A stretch of DNA of 64,000 bases from Epithemia pelagica (taxonomy: Eukaryota; Protista; Bacillariophyta): contig OX337236.1 in assembly GCA_946965045.2 (NCBI GenBank), forward strand, positions 1,674,001-1,738,000, in the 5' to 3' direction. Position 1 is the stretch's first letter. Each line of letters opens with the position of its first letter. The notes beneath the pieces were generated by a model that did no database searches, had not been told where the DNA came from, and was given only the letters and a program-made list of their open reading frames with translations. The position numbers and the translations under genes were made by a program. Below are positions 46,128 through 57,806 of this stretch, piece by piece.

Positions 46128-47117
46128 CTATGAACTTGTTGTTTCATCTTCGAAAGACGTCACCAGAAATGGGTAGAAGTTCCAATCAAACTCCGCAGCC
46201 TCAGGTATCGGGCCACCCATGTTGACGCAAATCGGATGAACTTTTTGAGAGCTGTTGTTGAGACTTTGGTTCATGTCATCCAGCAACTCCGATAGGCATG
46301 CATATTCGTTATGTGTGATTTGCCCTTTGACGTTTGCCAAAGTTATGTGTGGAACCCAGGCAGCCTTGCTGTAGTTGACAACGTCAGACAAAGCCTGGCA
46401 TGAACTGGCTTTAGCTATCTCTCGAAGCTCACCATAGAGGCTATGCAAGAGAGGAGAAGCATCCATGACTGCGACAATCAAATTGTTCCGACGGGGAGGG
46501 AACAGTCGAAACTCACGAATCTTGAGCCAGTACTTTTCTTCCATCTCAGATCCCATATGCACAAGTTCATGTTGTCTAGAACCATTCGTTCTTACAACGA
46601 AACCAAACTCTCGAAATTTAGCTTCAATCTGCTCATACCAGGTGGTTAACTCATCGACGGACATACCACTCAGAGCCTCTCCTCCGAAAAAGAATGTCAT
46701 ATGAAGGGAATTCAAGGACCTGGGTCGGATGGATAGAGGCCTTGGACTGATACCTCCTCTGGCGGAGCACTCCATTAACTTCTGCGATGAGGGTTGTATG
46801 CTTAAACGTGCGGACTCTTGAGAGAATCTATCCTGCAACTGCATCGTTGATTCATGAAGATACTTTATTGTTGGATCGTCAAGGACAATTTTGAGGTAAC
46901 TGTTGTACCCAGGCCGATTGACTCGGCGATGATTATGTCGAGGTAACTTGCCATGGCCAGCAGTTCCCTGAAATCCTCCATTGCCGCTGCCACTCGTCTT
47001 GGTGCTGAACATCTTATGCGAAACTCTGATGAAATTATTTCGTCTCAGTTGTTGTCCTGCAAGTCCTGGGACGCATTCCAAGCAGGTCAAACTGAACGGA
47101 ACCCAGGCCACATGCAT
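46128..47117 (-). CDS. 2H phosphoesterase (LigT / 2',3'-cyclic phosphodiesterase-like)
   Basis: Two HxT motifs, SLHMTFFF and WVPHITLA, about 120 aa apart. Confidence 0.8.
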   Translation of the reverse strand: MHVAWVPFSLTCLECVPGLAGQQLRRNNFIRVSHKMFSTKTSGSGNGGFQGTAGHGKLPRHNHRRVNRPGYNSYLKIVLDDPTIKYLHESTMQLQDRFSQESARLSIQPSSQKLMECSARGGISPRPLSIRPRSLNSLHMTFFFGGEALSGMSVDELTTWYEQIEAKFREFGFVVRTNGSRQHELVHMGSEMEEKYWLKIREFRLFPPRRNNLIVAVMDASPLLHSLYGELREIAKASSCQALSDVVNYSKAAWVPHITLANVKGQITHNEYACLSELLDDMNQSLNNSSQKVHPICVNMGGPIPEAAEFDWNFYPFLVTSFEDETTSS

Positions 47118-47382
47118 TTCTCTCGTCTACATGTTCAGGTTCGGTGTTCGGTGTCGACTTGTGTCTCACGTCAAGGACAAGGACGAGTGGGGTCGCATGT
47201 CGCATGGTGCTTCTGCGATCTTCTCGCGCATAGCATAGTTTTTGCAAGGGACGATATACTTAGACCTTTTACTTATCCCCAATGCAACTCCGTTCAAGAG
47301 AACTTTCTAACGAAAACAACTAAAAGCAACATTACAAACTAAAATACATAACACTTGGGAGACGAGTGCCCGACATGTTTGA

Positions 47383-49722
47383 TCACAATGTCCACCCGGA
47401 CGTCTCTTTGGGAATCAAGAGGGAATTCCAAGCACGCTGGATCTTCTTGACAATACTTATACGATCCCGGACGACCCGCACCTTGTCGCCATCACATGCG
47501 ATTAAACCAATGGCTTCCAGATCATTCAGGGCCGCGTTCATGTCAACATTGACTTGCTTTCCCTTTACAAAATCGTTCACTCCCATCATACCCTGGGCGA
47601 GCAGCATCGACCTTTGAACAGTATGTTGCTCGTGTTGCAAAAGCCACGTATGTACCAGCGAAGCCCGGGCGGCTCGTTGAGCACCAGCTTCATCCAAAAG
47701 ATAAGCAAGCGCATCCGAGTCGCGTCGAGAGATCTTGGACGTCAAGAACTTCTTCACAAGTAGGTCGTACCGCGCCAACTTATTGGAATATCGAATGACC
47801 AAGCGTACAATCCACAACGAGACTGATACCAAAGCAATAATATCAAGCTTGGTGCTGTTGAACTTTTGAGAGCCGACCACCAGTCCTAAACTGACAATGC
47901 TAATCAAATCGAATACAAATGCATCTGCTGGACGGAAAACAAGCTTCGTTTTGGGCATGACTGCTGGTAAATTTGCCATAGGGACACTATCAAATGTCCG
48001 AATCTGCAGAGGCATTTTCTTCTTGGCGACAAATGGGTCTGCAGGTTCTGGAAGGCCATCGATATCAAACATGTCCGCTAATTCGTACACCAATCTTGGA
48101 GGGGTCCACTTGGGTCGCTTGGGAAGTAGATCGCTGTGATCTTCTTTTTGCCTCCATATAACAACGACTTCTTCGTAGGTGGGTTCCACGAGTTCTGATT
48201 TCGCGAAAAATGCCCCAAGAAAACTTTTTCGACCCTCTCGCGTGAACGGGTCCACCAAGTTGCTCATGGTGACTCTTTGCAACAACTGCATGGGAGGCAT
48301 TTGCTGGTTCTGCAGTTGTGGCTTTCCCAGAGCTTCCATTTTTGCGTCATAGGAACAGCGCAAGTCGTTGTGGTTCAAACAATCGTACATGGAGTCATCG
48401 AGCCCACTGACATCACATTCATCAGCTTCCTTGTCCTCACAAATCATAAAGGGGTCAAGCGAATCGGTGGTATTGGGAGATCCAACGAAGCGAATTTTGG
48501 ATCCCCCGTAACGCGAAAACTTGAAAAAGGGATCGGGTCGAGTGGTAATTTCTCCATTCACAGTAGCTTGCAAGGATGTTCGAAGAGCTCTTGAAAGCTC
48601 CTTGCTTGGCACACGGTCAGCCACGGACCGCGCACCATTGATGGTAGCGGCGGTAACTGTCCGTAGCCCGCCATTCAAGCCCATCACGATAGCTTGCTCC
48701 ACAGAGTAGAGCCTTTTCTTCAAAGACGCCGCGGTACGTTGAACAACACTTGCTTGCAAATAGTCCAGTTTCGGAAGTAACAGTCTCCCTCGACTTACTT
48801 CTTGTGAATATCCCCTCCAAAAGACCAACACTTTTCCATCAAACAGCAAGTCTCTGCCAGGTCCCGGGTTTCCGTTTTGGTCATAGAACTCGGGGTAAAG
48901 CTCTTTTGCGATTCCATCATCAAGCTCGGACACATCTGGTACAATGGATAATCTCAACAGATAACCCGTGTTTAAGGCATCGCAGAGATCCAAGTCTCGC
49001 CTCGTCAGCAACTGAAAGCCAGCGTCTTGTAGAGAGCTTCGTACGACAGATGTAAGCTTGCGTTCTTCGGCTTCCGTCGAGTTTTGAGGTGGCCGGTTCT
49101 TATTCACTTGCATATACTCCAGTCCCTGGCTTTTGTCATAGGACAAGGAGTGAAAGAGTTTGCGCAGTAGATGCGGCGGATTGGAGATCTGGTCTTTCGG
49201 TGTACACCGAGAGGTTGGGATCTTGCCATCACTTAATGTAACGATTCGGCAAACCCGCTGCGAATTGTTTTTTGCAACATTTTGTTTCCGTCTTTCGGCT
49301 CTTTGTTCAGCCGATAATCTCTTGAACAGGGAATTATTTTTGTTCTTTGACTTTCGGATTTTTACCGCAAACGGTCTGGTCTTTTCATGCTTTGTCTTTT
49401 TGCTTCGGGCGTCAGCCCGTAGAGCGCGACGTTCGCGAAAGGAGTGTCCCCTTCCGCCACCACGCTCGTCCATCGCCTCTGCTTCCGGTCGGAAGAATAC
49501 TCGATAATTGTCCCCGTTGTCGCTAAGAAGGGGAACTTTCGGATCAGAAGATGGCAACTTTGAGTTTATATGAACGAGTCGTCGCGGATGTAGAAAGCCA
49601 TGAATACTTTGTAAAATGATCAGCACCAGCACCGTGCAATACATAATAAGGCCGACCGACCAACGTATTCTCCGTATCATACCAGAAGAAGCTCTTTGAC
49701 GAACCAAACTAAAACCTTTCAT
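47383..49722 (-). CDS. DUF3754-domain protein, probably plastid-targeted
   Basis: C-terminal IRTFDSVPMANLPAVMPKTKLVFRPADAFVFD plus two hydrophobic helices; signal peptide followed by HG-FLHP. Confidence 0.7.
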   Translation of the reverse strand: MKGFSLVRQRASSGMIRRIRWSVGLIMYCTVLVLIILQSIHGFLHPRRLVHINSKLPSSDPKVPLLSDNGDNYRVFFRPEAEAMDERGGGRGHSFRERRALRADARSKKTKHEKTRPFAVKIRKSKNKNNSLFKRLSAEQRAERRKQNVAKNNSQRVCRIVTLSDGKIPTSRCTPKDQISNPPHLLRKLFHSLSYDKSQGLEYMQVNKNRPPQNSTEAEERKLTSVVRSSLQDAGFQLLTRRDLDLCDALNTGYLLRLSIVPDVSELDDGIAKELYPEFYDQNGNPGPGRDLLFDGKVLVFWRGYSQEVSRGRLLLPKLDYLQASVVQRTAASLKKRLYSVEQAIVMGLNGGLRTVTAATINGARSVADRVPSKELSRALRTSLQATVNGEITTRPDPFFKFSRYGGSKIRFVGSPNTTDSLDPFMICEDKEADECDVSGLDDSMYDCLNHNDLRCSYDAKMEALGKPQLQNQQMPPMQLLQRVTMSNLVDPFTREGRKSFLGAFFAKSELVEPTYEEVVVIWRQKEDHSDLLPKRPKWTPPRLVYELADMFDIDGLPEPADPFVAKKKMPLQIRTFDSVPMANLPAVMPKTKLVFRPADAFVFDLISIVSLGLVVGSQKFNSTKLDIIALVSVSLWIVRLVIRYSNKLARYDLLVKKFLTSKISRRDSDALAYLLDEAGAQRAARASLVHTWLLQHEQHTVQRSMLLAQGMMGVNDFVKGKQVNVDMNAALNDLEAIGLIACDGDKVRVVRDRISIVKKIQRAWNSLLIPKETSGWTL

Positions 49723-49927
49723 CTCCTATTCTCTTTTCTGTCACAAACAGAGCCTCATTCAAATGGAAAAGAATAGATGAGGACACTAAGAGTTGCCGAA
49801 ACGATGGAGTACTTCACTCGTCTCCCTCTTCATCCTTGGTGTTGGAGGGAAGCTTCGCTCTTTTCGCCGCCACCACGATCGCACCTTCGCTTCCGAGAGA
49901 AGATATGGTGGCCACAGGGCCTATCTA

Positions 49928-50365
49928 CCGTAATTTTCGGATTCCTGTACCCCCGGAATGTGCATGGATCAGTGAGGGGGGTACAGGACCAAGAGAATTT
50001 TTACTATTTTTTTTAAGATTCCATATGCAAGGTACAATTAACTTCATAGTAATAGTCAACTTCAACATCGGAGTAGTAGAGAAGAGTTGGTCGCACTATT
50101 CCAGTTAGGGGAAAAACCGTGCTTCAGGGCGTAGCCTTAACCCTAAGCATAATACCCATCATGCTGTATCTCTTGTTTCTCCTCTTTGATTCACTCCCAT
50201 TGAATGTCAGGCAGTGTGATAGAAAGCTCGGAACGTGAGGAATGTGGGGGTAACCCTATCACCAGGAAAGAGCCTGCAGATAAAAAGTTATGGGGACATG
50301 TACATCGGAGGGGGTGGGGGGGGGGGTACGGGAATGCGAGGGGTACAAAACACCGAAAATTACGG
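49928..50365. mobile_element. 438-bp MITE, Tc1/mariner (pogo/Tc2-like) type
   Basis: TA|CCGTAATTTTCGG ... CCGAAAATTACGG|TA; 13-bp perfect TIR extending to 26 bp with 4 mismatches; TA duplication at 49926-49927 and 50366-50367. Confidence 0.85.
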
Positions 50366-52440
50366 TAGTCTCCCTCCAACTAAAAAGCCTTTGTTAAGTG
50401 TGGACAGAGTAGAGGAGAAAAATGAGCAGTGTTTTGTTGTACGAGGCAATTGTATTCTTCTTCCTAATAAACAAAAGTTCCCATGATTCAATACAACTGC
50501 CGAATGAGATGGCATAACATTTGGCTATTGTTTCTAGCGAGGGAGCATGAGTCCTTGGAGTTAAGCCTTTCCCGCCAATCTGTACTTTTTGATGCTATAC
50601 GACAGAAACTATTCGTCTCCTCATCTTTTCATTGGTCATTGGACCACATACGTGGTGGGGAACGGCTTGTCACAGATGGAACGAGTTCGCAAAGACACAA
50701 TGACAGCAGGTGACGCATCATCATTGCTTCTACCACACATCACACGGAGGAAGATGTGAGATGTGTCTACAATAATATTAGGAGTACTATGGTTACTCAA
50801 TGGAGGTTAGAGGTTAGAGAGGTTAGAGGAGCACAAGAAAATGTGAACGAACAAGCTACCTCCTCTACTCTCTCAAGTCTCATGACATTCATGAGTTTCT
50901 AGTAGAGGTCCTAGGTTGGATGCGGCCGCGGACATGGAGTTCTTGAGAGTTGACTGTTGAACATGGCTCCTTGATAGAAGTAATACCTTCCTTAGTAGGA
51001 GTAAGAGTATGATCAACCAGTGCTCCCTTACACTAACTGTGGCATGAAGATGACAATAGATTGCGAGATCAGTATCTTTGGTAGACTTAAAGCCTCAGTG
51101 GACGAGCGGCGTTCTAGGGATTCCCATTTGAACGAGTCCTATGCCGGAGAAGCACTTCAAAAGCAAGGTAATGGTTTACAGGCATTAGGCATTCGCAGGA
51201 GACTGGGTAGAGAGTAATTTACCAATGTCCTCAACTCGTGATATCTACTGACCCATGAACGGGATTATCATAGATTTTCAAATGATCAATGATCGACTCC
51301 AAAGTGACACTGGACAGGAGTCATCCAGATACTACTACACAATTGTCCTCCCGTGGGATGTGGGAACTCTAATGTGGAGACGAACCCGTGTGAAAGCCAA
51401 TGTGGGGAAGCAAACCTCCCTTATCTGTGTGATTCCACATGGAGTAAAGATTCCAGGCGGGATCCGCAGCAAGGGTTGTCATTCTTGAATGATCCGTGCC
51501 AAAATCAGTGATCTTGTCAGGAATCCAATGGTCTCCGCGCTCAGTGACTGCTAGTTACGGCACATACAATAGCAAAATTGGTTTGCGGTTGGCGACGACA
51601 GGTAACGGTTATCCTAGCGCCTAAGGAGGCATTGCTTTCGTTGGTTCTACGCTGGCTTGACAAACAAACTATATTCATTCTTGTTTCTTGTTGTGATCGA
51701 TGGCGGGTTGGCGGCACACTCTAGCCCCCTCCCCTGAATGTCGAAACACAATATTGCTCATGTGTCCCGTGAAAGGCATAAACGGATTCCCAAAAAACAT
51801 ACGAGAGCTCGTACGAATACGACGGATTCGTCTGTTGTGCAATTTTGGGCTATTCAACTAGACGGTCATCGCGCCATCTTTGTTGGAATAAGATGGATAA
51901 CCTCACACCTGAGCGTGAAATTCATCATTTAGTCATTAGAGTGATTGTGATTCGTTCTCATGTGATCGCTTGGAAATCGTAGAAACACGTTGTTGCGTTT
52001 CTCTTGTGCTACAATACACAAAATACAGAATCCCGTGGAAAGCACCACGACTCCCTGAAATATGACCGAAAATACTTGCAGAAATCAAAAATACGTATTT
52101 TATGTAAAGAAAGTTTTACGGAAATCTCATCTAAGTGAATTCCTTGAAATCATTTTTGAATGTCAAGTGTAATGCGTAATTCGATCGATTTTTAATGAAA
52201 ACTGAGGTGATTTCGTCTTTCTTCCGACAGCAGTGCTTCTTCCAACAACGCGCCAAGAGCCAAGATCGATCGGCAAATCATCCCAAAAGCCACAGATGCA
52301 TTCTGACAAATTATTACTGTTGACTGTTGACTCACGTGAGCAATAGTAGTGTAGTCCTCAAGTCCTTTCGAGTTTCGAGTCCACCCCGATCCCCGATCTC
52401 AAAATTTTGTGACCCAGACATATACAATCTACAAGCCACC

Positions 52441-53903
52441 ATGCAATTCGAAGGATCAACACAAGCACGCTCATGGATCTTTGACGACGACTCGCTAAAG
52501 CAATGTCGCTTGGAAGCTGTGTCGATCGAATCTACTGGGAGAAGGGTACGAAAGGACTCCTCATCGGCAAGAAAATTTGCCTCCGGATATCATCAGCACT
52601 ACTGTCCCGTCAACGAAAAGAAATCCTGGAACGATGAATGCACTTATCTATGCAGTGCCATTGACGGAGCACGGTACCAAGAGACATACGTACGCTTCCA
52701 CGCACATCAGATCCAAACCCTTATCGGACCAAAAGCATTACTTCCAGAGCTTCGGAGGAGTGCTTCCGTGCTTTCTACTGCTATCATGCTATTCCGACGA
52801 TTCTATCTATCAAACTCTGCAGTTGAAATCTGTCCACGAAAGATTGCTGCTGCAAGTGCTTTCTTCGCCAGCAAGTTGGAAGAAGAACGAGTCGAGGTAA
52901 GACTGGCTATCATGGTTCATGATTTCTACATTTTATTTTGTGAGCGGCACAAAAATTTCTCGACTCGCGCCGGCCATTAAAACCCTAGCGTTCGTTGGGT
53001 CTATGTACTTTATGATAGATCGTTAACTTCTTTCTCGCAACCGCTGTGGCTTTCGCCAAATTGTTGCCAATCTTGCAGAGTGACTGATGCCGACTCACAA
53101 ACCCTTTCCCTATCATTTTTCTACAGATTTCGATCTTGTCCCATGCAACAGCAATTGTTCAACAAAATGCTCGATGTTCGCCTTTATGCAGAAAGGAAGT
53201 CTCAACAGTCTCGATATCAGACATTGAGAAATATGAATCAATACTGATGGAAGGTGTCAACTACCAGTTTATATGTCACCATGCTCACACATCCCTGGGT
53301 ACTTTAATCGAGGACTTGGTACATTTTGCTCGAGAAGAGAAACATCCATTATTCGACATGAGCTTTTGTGACAAATCCATGCATAGATGGAGGTTCGATT
53401 ATTGGGTGCAGGAACATGTGGACGAACTTGTGCAACGAGCCATGCATATTGTCCAGCGGGCACTTATTTTTTCCGATGCAGCATTTCTCTTCCCCCCTCA
53501 TCACATTGCCTTTGCCGTGGCTGCAATCGTTTCTGAATCATTCCACGAAGATGGGAACATGAGTGACACATTGCAAGATTTCTTAGTAACAAGGCACCCT
53601 CTGTTGACGGAGCATGAGCTTCTTCAGTTCACGCGAAACGTCCGACGCGTCGTTTCACTCTTCCTAAGCAACCCTCTGATGGATCTGCGTCCAATGACCG
53701 ACGCAGAAAGAATGGCATCTGATATGGAACTCCATCGTGTTATATACATGGTGGGTCGCATTAAAATGCACCAAACTCAGGATGAAGCTATTGTACACAC
53801 ACGCAAACGAAAGCGACCGATGACATGCACATCATTCACACCACCACAAGGTCCCACCTTCCCCAAAATGGCGAAGGTTACACCAACCCGAGCCTACCAC
53901 TAG
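52441..53903 (+). CDS. CCNH: Cyclin H-like; intron 52897-53126
   Basis: N-terminus MQFEGSTQARSWIF; cyclin box VLSTAIMLFRRFYLSNSAVEICPRKIAAASAFFASKLEE; second box ESILMEGVNYQFICHH and DAAFLFPPHHIAFA. Confidence 0.85.
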
Positions 53904-54007
53904 ACTTAATATGCACAAAGTCATTATAAGCCCACGTCTGGGGACAGCGATGTGGGCCATAACCTGTATTGTAAATATACTGTAACATCACTCTTCTTAC
54001 GGTATTA

Positions 54008-55150
54008 TCATGTACGTTTCTTTGACTGGTCCGAGCAAAAATTGCTAGAAGCTTTCAACGAGAGAAATGATTTCGGTCTGTCCGCGTGAAACCTATCGAG
54101 CTTGACTTCAACCACTTCAGAGAAAACGACGAAACACCTGAGGTCAAAGGACCTTCTGGGATTGGACCACTCGGAGGATTGGCCTATCGGAGTTATGGAA
54201 CAATGCCACAGGTCTGAAGGCTCAGAGGATTTCCTGTCGTACTGCGAAAAGAAAAGAATTTCGCTTGAAAGGATGGAAGGGAAAGTATACCAAAGGGAAA
54301 TATCGTGCAAGTTTTTCATCAAGTCCGGTTGGGGTCCATCCTGATTTAGTGACTTCTCGTTGAATGTACGCATCTTTGGGTTCGAATATGGGAAAGGCTT
54401 CAGCATGTCATCATAGCGCGTGGCCAGAAGGGCCAAAGGCTCGTTGAACACAGGTGTTGTTCCTATATTCTTCCACGCGTTGACAATCGAAAACCTTTGT
54501 CCGCGTTCTACGCAATCGATCAATTCTTGGCACTGGGCGCTTGGTTTGAGCGTCAAATCGTCTATTCGGTTCTTCATTAAGAGATCAATCATCTCTTCTG
54601 CTGACGTGAATGCATTGACATCCAAGTCGAGATGTGGCAATCCTGCATAACTTGCTGTTGGCGTTGTTTTCCCATCGCCGACCCTTGTTTGCGTGGCACC
54701 CTTTGACCGCACCACGGGGTTCCAGAAGAGAATATGCGAAATCGATTCGGTGGGGTAGGCATGTCGTATCATATCTCGCAGTTGAGGCAGGTACCGCTTC
54801 CTTATAGAATCCAGGTCGGCCCAATTGACAGATGCTATACTCGAGTTTTCATCTCCTTGGAGCATAAATCCACAGTTAGCCATGCATGGGTCCTCCAGCT
54901 TATTCGGACGATTAACAGGTAACACGCCATCTCTTGCATTGTATACAGGTTCTATCAAGCGCTCATTCTCAAAACATTGGAATCCATAGTGCGCCTTTGA
55001 GTACTCGTTCACTGCAGAATAGTCGATCTCTGCATAACACCATGGTGATAAGGCATTCACACTGGCTTTGAACCGGAGGCTTGTGTTAACAAGAAACCAC
55101 ACCCGAATAAGCCCCTCAACACATTTCAACATCGTCGGACTCCATATCAC
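54008..55150 (-). CDS. CmcJ/NvfI-family (GA4-desaturase-like) Fe/2OG-type oxidoreductase
   Basis: PHLDLD (HxD), RFSIVNAWKNI, PLALL, WYTFP...EILFFSQYD, WHCSI and RRSFDLRCFV match the family motif order. Confidence 0.7.
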   Translation of the reverse strand: MIWSPTMLKCVEGLIRVWFLVNTSLRFKASVNALSPWCYAEIDYSAVNEYSKAHYGFQCFENERLIEPVYNARDGVLPVNRPNKLEDPCMANCGFMLQGDENSSIASVNWADLDSIRKRYLPQLRDMIRHAYPTESISHILFWNPVVRSKGATQTRVGDGKTTPTASYAGLPHLDLDVNAFTSAEEMIDLLMKNRIDDLTLKPSAQCQELIDCVERGQRFSIVNAWKNIGTTPVFNEPLALLATRYDDMLKPFPYSNPKMRTFNEKSLNQDGPQPDLMKNLHDISLWYTFPSILSSEILFFSQYDRKSSEPSDLWHCSITPIGQSSEWSNPRRSFDLRCFVVFSEVVEVKLDRFHADRPKSFLSLKASSNFCSDQSKKRT

Positions 55151-55353
55151 TTGTCAGTAAGACATGAGAAGATGGCACGTAAGAGTCATACACACAAAAA
55201 TGTATCTTTCGGAGGTCAGAAGTCAGAATCTTATTCATGACTCGGAGCCTACATCCAAGACTGAAAGATTCAATTCCGAGACGGAGATTCTCATCCATCA
55301 CCACCTTCAGAACTCGCTCTCATGCGTTTGCGTTGTGCTTCTGACCACAGACC

Positions 55354-55650
55354 ATGACGAATGTTACCATCATCTCATCGTTCACCGCCATTCCTGATGA
55401 AGGGAAAGTGGAGTTGGGAAATCTCGAGCTGCAGAAAGTCACAATTTCGAATTTGAAAGAACGGATCCAAGCAAGAACCAAGATTCCAGCTGACAACCAG
55501 CGATTGTGGTGGCGTGGATACCTCCTTGATCATGAAGATTCCTATGTTGTGGATACATGCGTTGGGGTTAACGAAGGGGAGAGATTCCAGCCAGCAACGG
55601 GAAGCCTGGTGCTTTTCCTAACGACACCCTTGCACCACATCACTGCTTGA
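55354..55650 (+). CDS. Small ubiquitin-like domain protein
   Basis: TISNLKERIQARTKIPADNQRLWWRGYLLD matches the Ubl core; no C-terminal GG. Confidence 0.7.
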   Translation: MTNVTIISSFTAIPDEGKVELGNLELQKVTISNLKERIQARTKIPADNQRLWWRGYLLDHEDSYVVDTCVGVNEGERFQPATGSLVLFLTTPLHHITA

Positions 55651-56412
55651 GCCCAAAGGCGCACAAAAAACAAGAGTTGATCTGTTGAAAATTAGTTCCA
55701 TCAACCATGAATTGATGACTTTGCTAGAGTATGCCTACGAAGCTTAACTCCGTGTAAGCGCTATCGCTAAATCCGCGCCGGAATCTGCCTTGCGTGTTTG
55801 AGTTGACGGATGCTACTTGTAACGAAAAGTCTATTGCAGGTTGTCCTACTCATGTGTTACATGAAAATAGTCTTAGATGATGTCTGCCTTTGAAATGCTC
55901 ACGGCTTTTCGAATGTCGATAGAGGAGGAAATCTACTAGAGGAGTAGCTCTAGAGCTCTACGTTTCATATATGGATAGCCCGTAGGTGTACCTTAGAAAG
56001 GAACTCTTCCCATCGCGCTTTCTCATGTCCCAGGAAGGTCCCGTCCAAGTTTTCTCAAGAACGAAAAAGGACCTGTGGAATTCTCTTCTGAGTAAGTACA
56101 CTTTATCGGTAATCGGTACTGAACTTTTTATACTGGGAAAATATGGCACGACTCCGGTCTGGTACGACTGGGTTTCCGATTTCCGATTTCCCATGACAAT
56201 TACCCCCTGGCGAATGAGGTTCTGAGATTGTAGTTTCTGTGTTAATTACGCCCTATAAGCCATCCCCGCTAGGGGGTACCATGACGATTGATATTGTTTG
56301 ACGATGACTTGTGGTACTGTTCATTTTTTGTAAACGATGACCGTTGTTGTTGGTTGGGACTAAGGACTTTTTGTTTTCTCCTCCCCGCCTTTCACAATAA
56401 TATCCACAGAAA

Positions 56413-57806
56413 TTGACCATGATGGAAAGGGCGAAGTTGGTTTCCTTTTTCTGCCTTTTGGCTACTGCCACACTCAACTATGTCTCCGCCGACATTGTTG
56501 TTGAGAATGACTTGATTAATCCGGAGGAGATATTTGATTTCATTGTGTTGCAGGACTCCAAACACTGGTGGCTCTCTCCGAATACAACACAGTATTTTTG
56601 CATCATGCGAGGGCTGTGGAACCCCAGAAATCATCCAAAGAAGTTTCCTGGGATGGCAAGGATGTCCAATCCAATAGTCTATTCGAGCACGAAACAATGG
56701 CTTCCCTGGTTGATCAACCGTGCCACGACATGGGGGGTCGAAAAGATCGCTGAGGTACGCAACTTAGTTTGGTCTATCCGTTTTCGTCTTGTTTTCCAGT
56801 GATCGCACTCTAGTTTAACATCTCTTTGCACACCGCTAGACTGGATTCACAGATACGTTCAAGGTTGAAGCGGAATCAGCTGGTCGCATGGTCAATGACC
56901 TTCAGGAAGGAAAGGGTTTCTTTATCGATCAAGAGGATCCAGAAAAGAACTACGCCTATTTGCCTGGAGTCAAGGTGACCCCAGATTATCCTTTTCTGAG
57001 TGGACTAGCTTCCATGATGCCAACTCCCGATTGGTTTACTGGATTTTATCTGCTCGACACAATTGACGAGTACGATCGAACGTACTGGCATCGTATCTTG
57101 ATCCATACATACCCATGGGACGCTGGCACCGATGCAGGCGACACATACATGAGTGTAGACCAAGATATGGACCCGCCTGCTAGTGTGCATCGTATCACCC
57201 CTCGTAATGCGCCGAACGGAATCTTTATGTCTCCGGATGGCCGTTCAGTCCGGCCGGTAGCTGAATGGGATTGTGTCCTGCACGTATGTGATGAAGATCA
57301 AGATGATTGCGCACCAGGTAAGGTGGCCTATCAGTTGTGAGAGGTCATTCATGTCTTCGTATTCTCACATTTGAAAAAACGACCGCGTCTTTCTAGATAA
57401 CTGGCCACCTGAAAATGGATGCGACATGCTGAAGTATCCCGGTTGTGAAAGCGAGTGTGATCCCGAGTTTGACGAGGTCTGTGAAGAATGTAAGCCGAAA
57501 CCTAAGGCCGTCAAGCTTGGAGAGAGCAACGCAGATAGCGAGGAAAACCGACGAGTCTTCTACAGGAGTTGTTGTCAATCCAACCACGAACCACTTCGGG
57601 GATACACTTGCACACCATCGTATAGTCACGGACGTGGAGAGGATGGCGAAGGTGGAGGCGGCAGTGACAGCGAAGATAAGAAGTGCAGCTTTTGGCGTCC
57701 AATCAAGTGCTTCAGAGAAAAGAAAAGTGCTGCTGCCGACCACAACACTTCCGTCTATGCCACTTTTGCCTTGTTGGGAATCAGCCTTCTAGCTTCGGTG
57801 CTCTAG
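56413..57806 (+). CDS. Secreted Spondin_N-domain protein with Cys-rich region and C-terminal hydrophobic/GPI-like tail; introns 56755-56839 and 57318-57396
   Basis: Signal peptide; GLWNPRNHPKKFP, MMPTPDWFTG and YPWDAGTDAGDTY Spondin_N motifs; both introns keep the frame; ends VYATFALLGISLLASVL. Confidence 0.85.
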
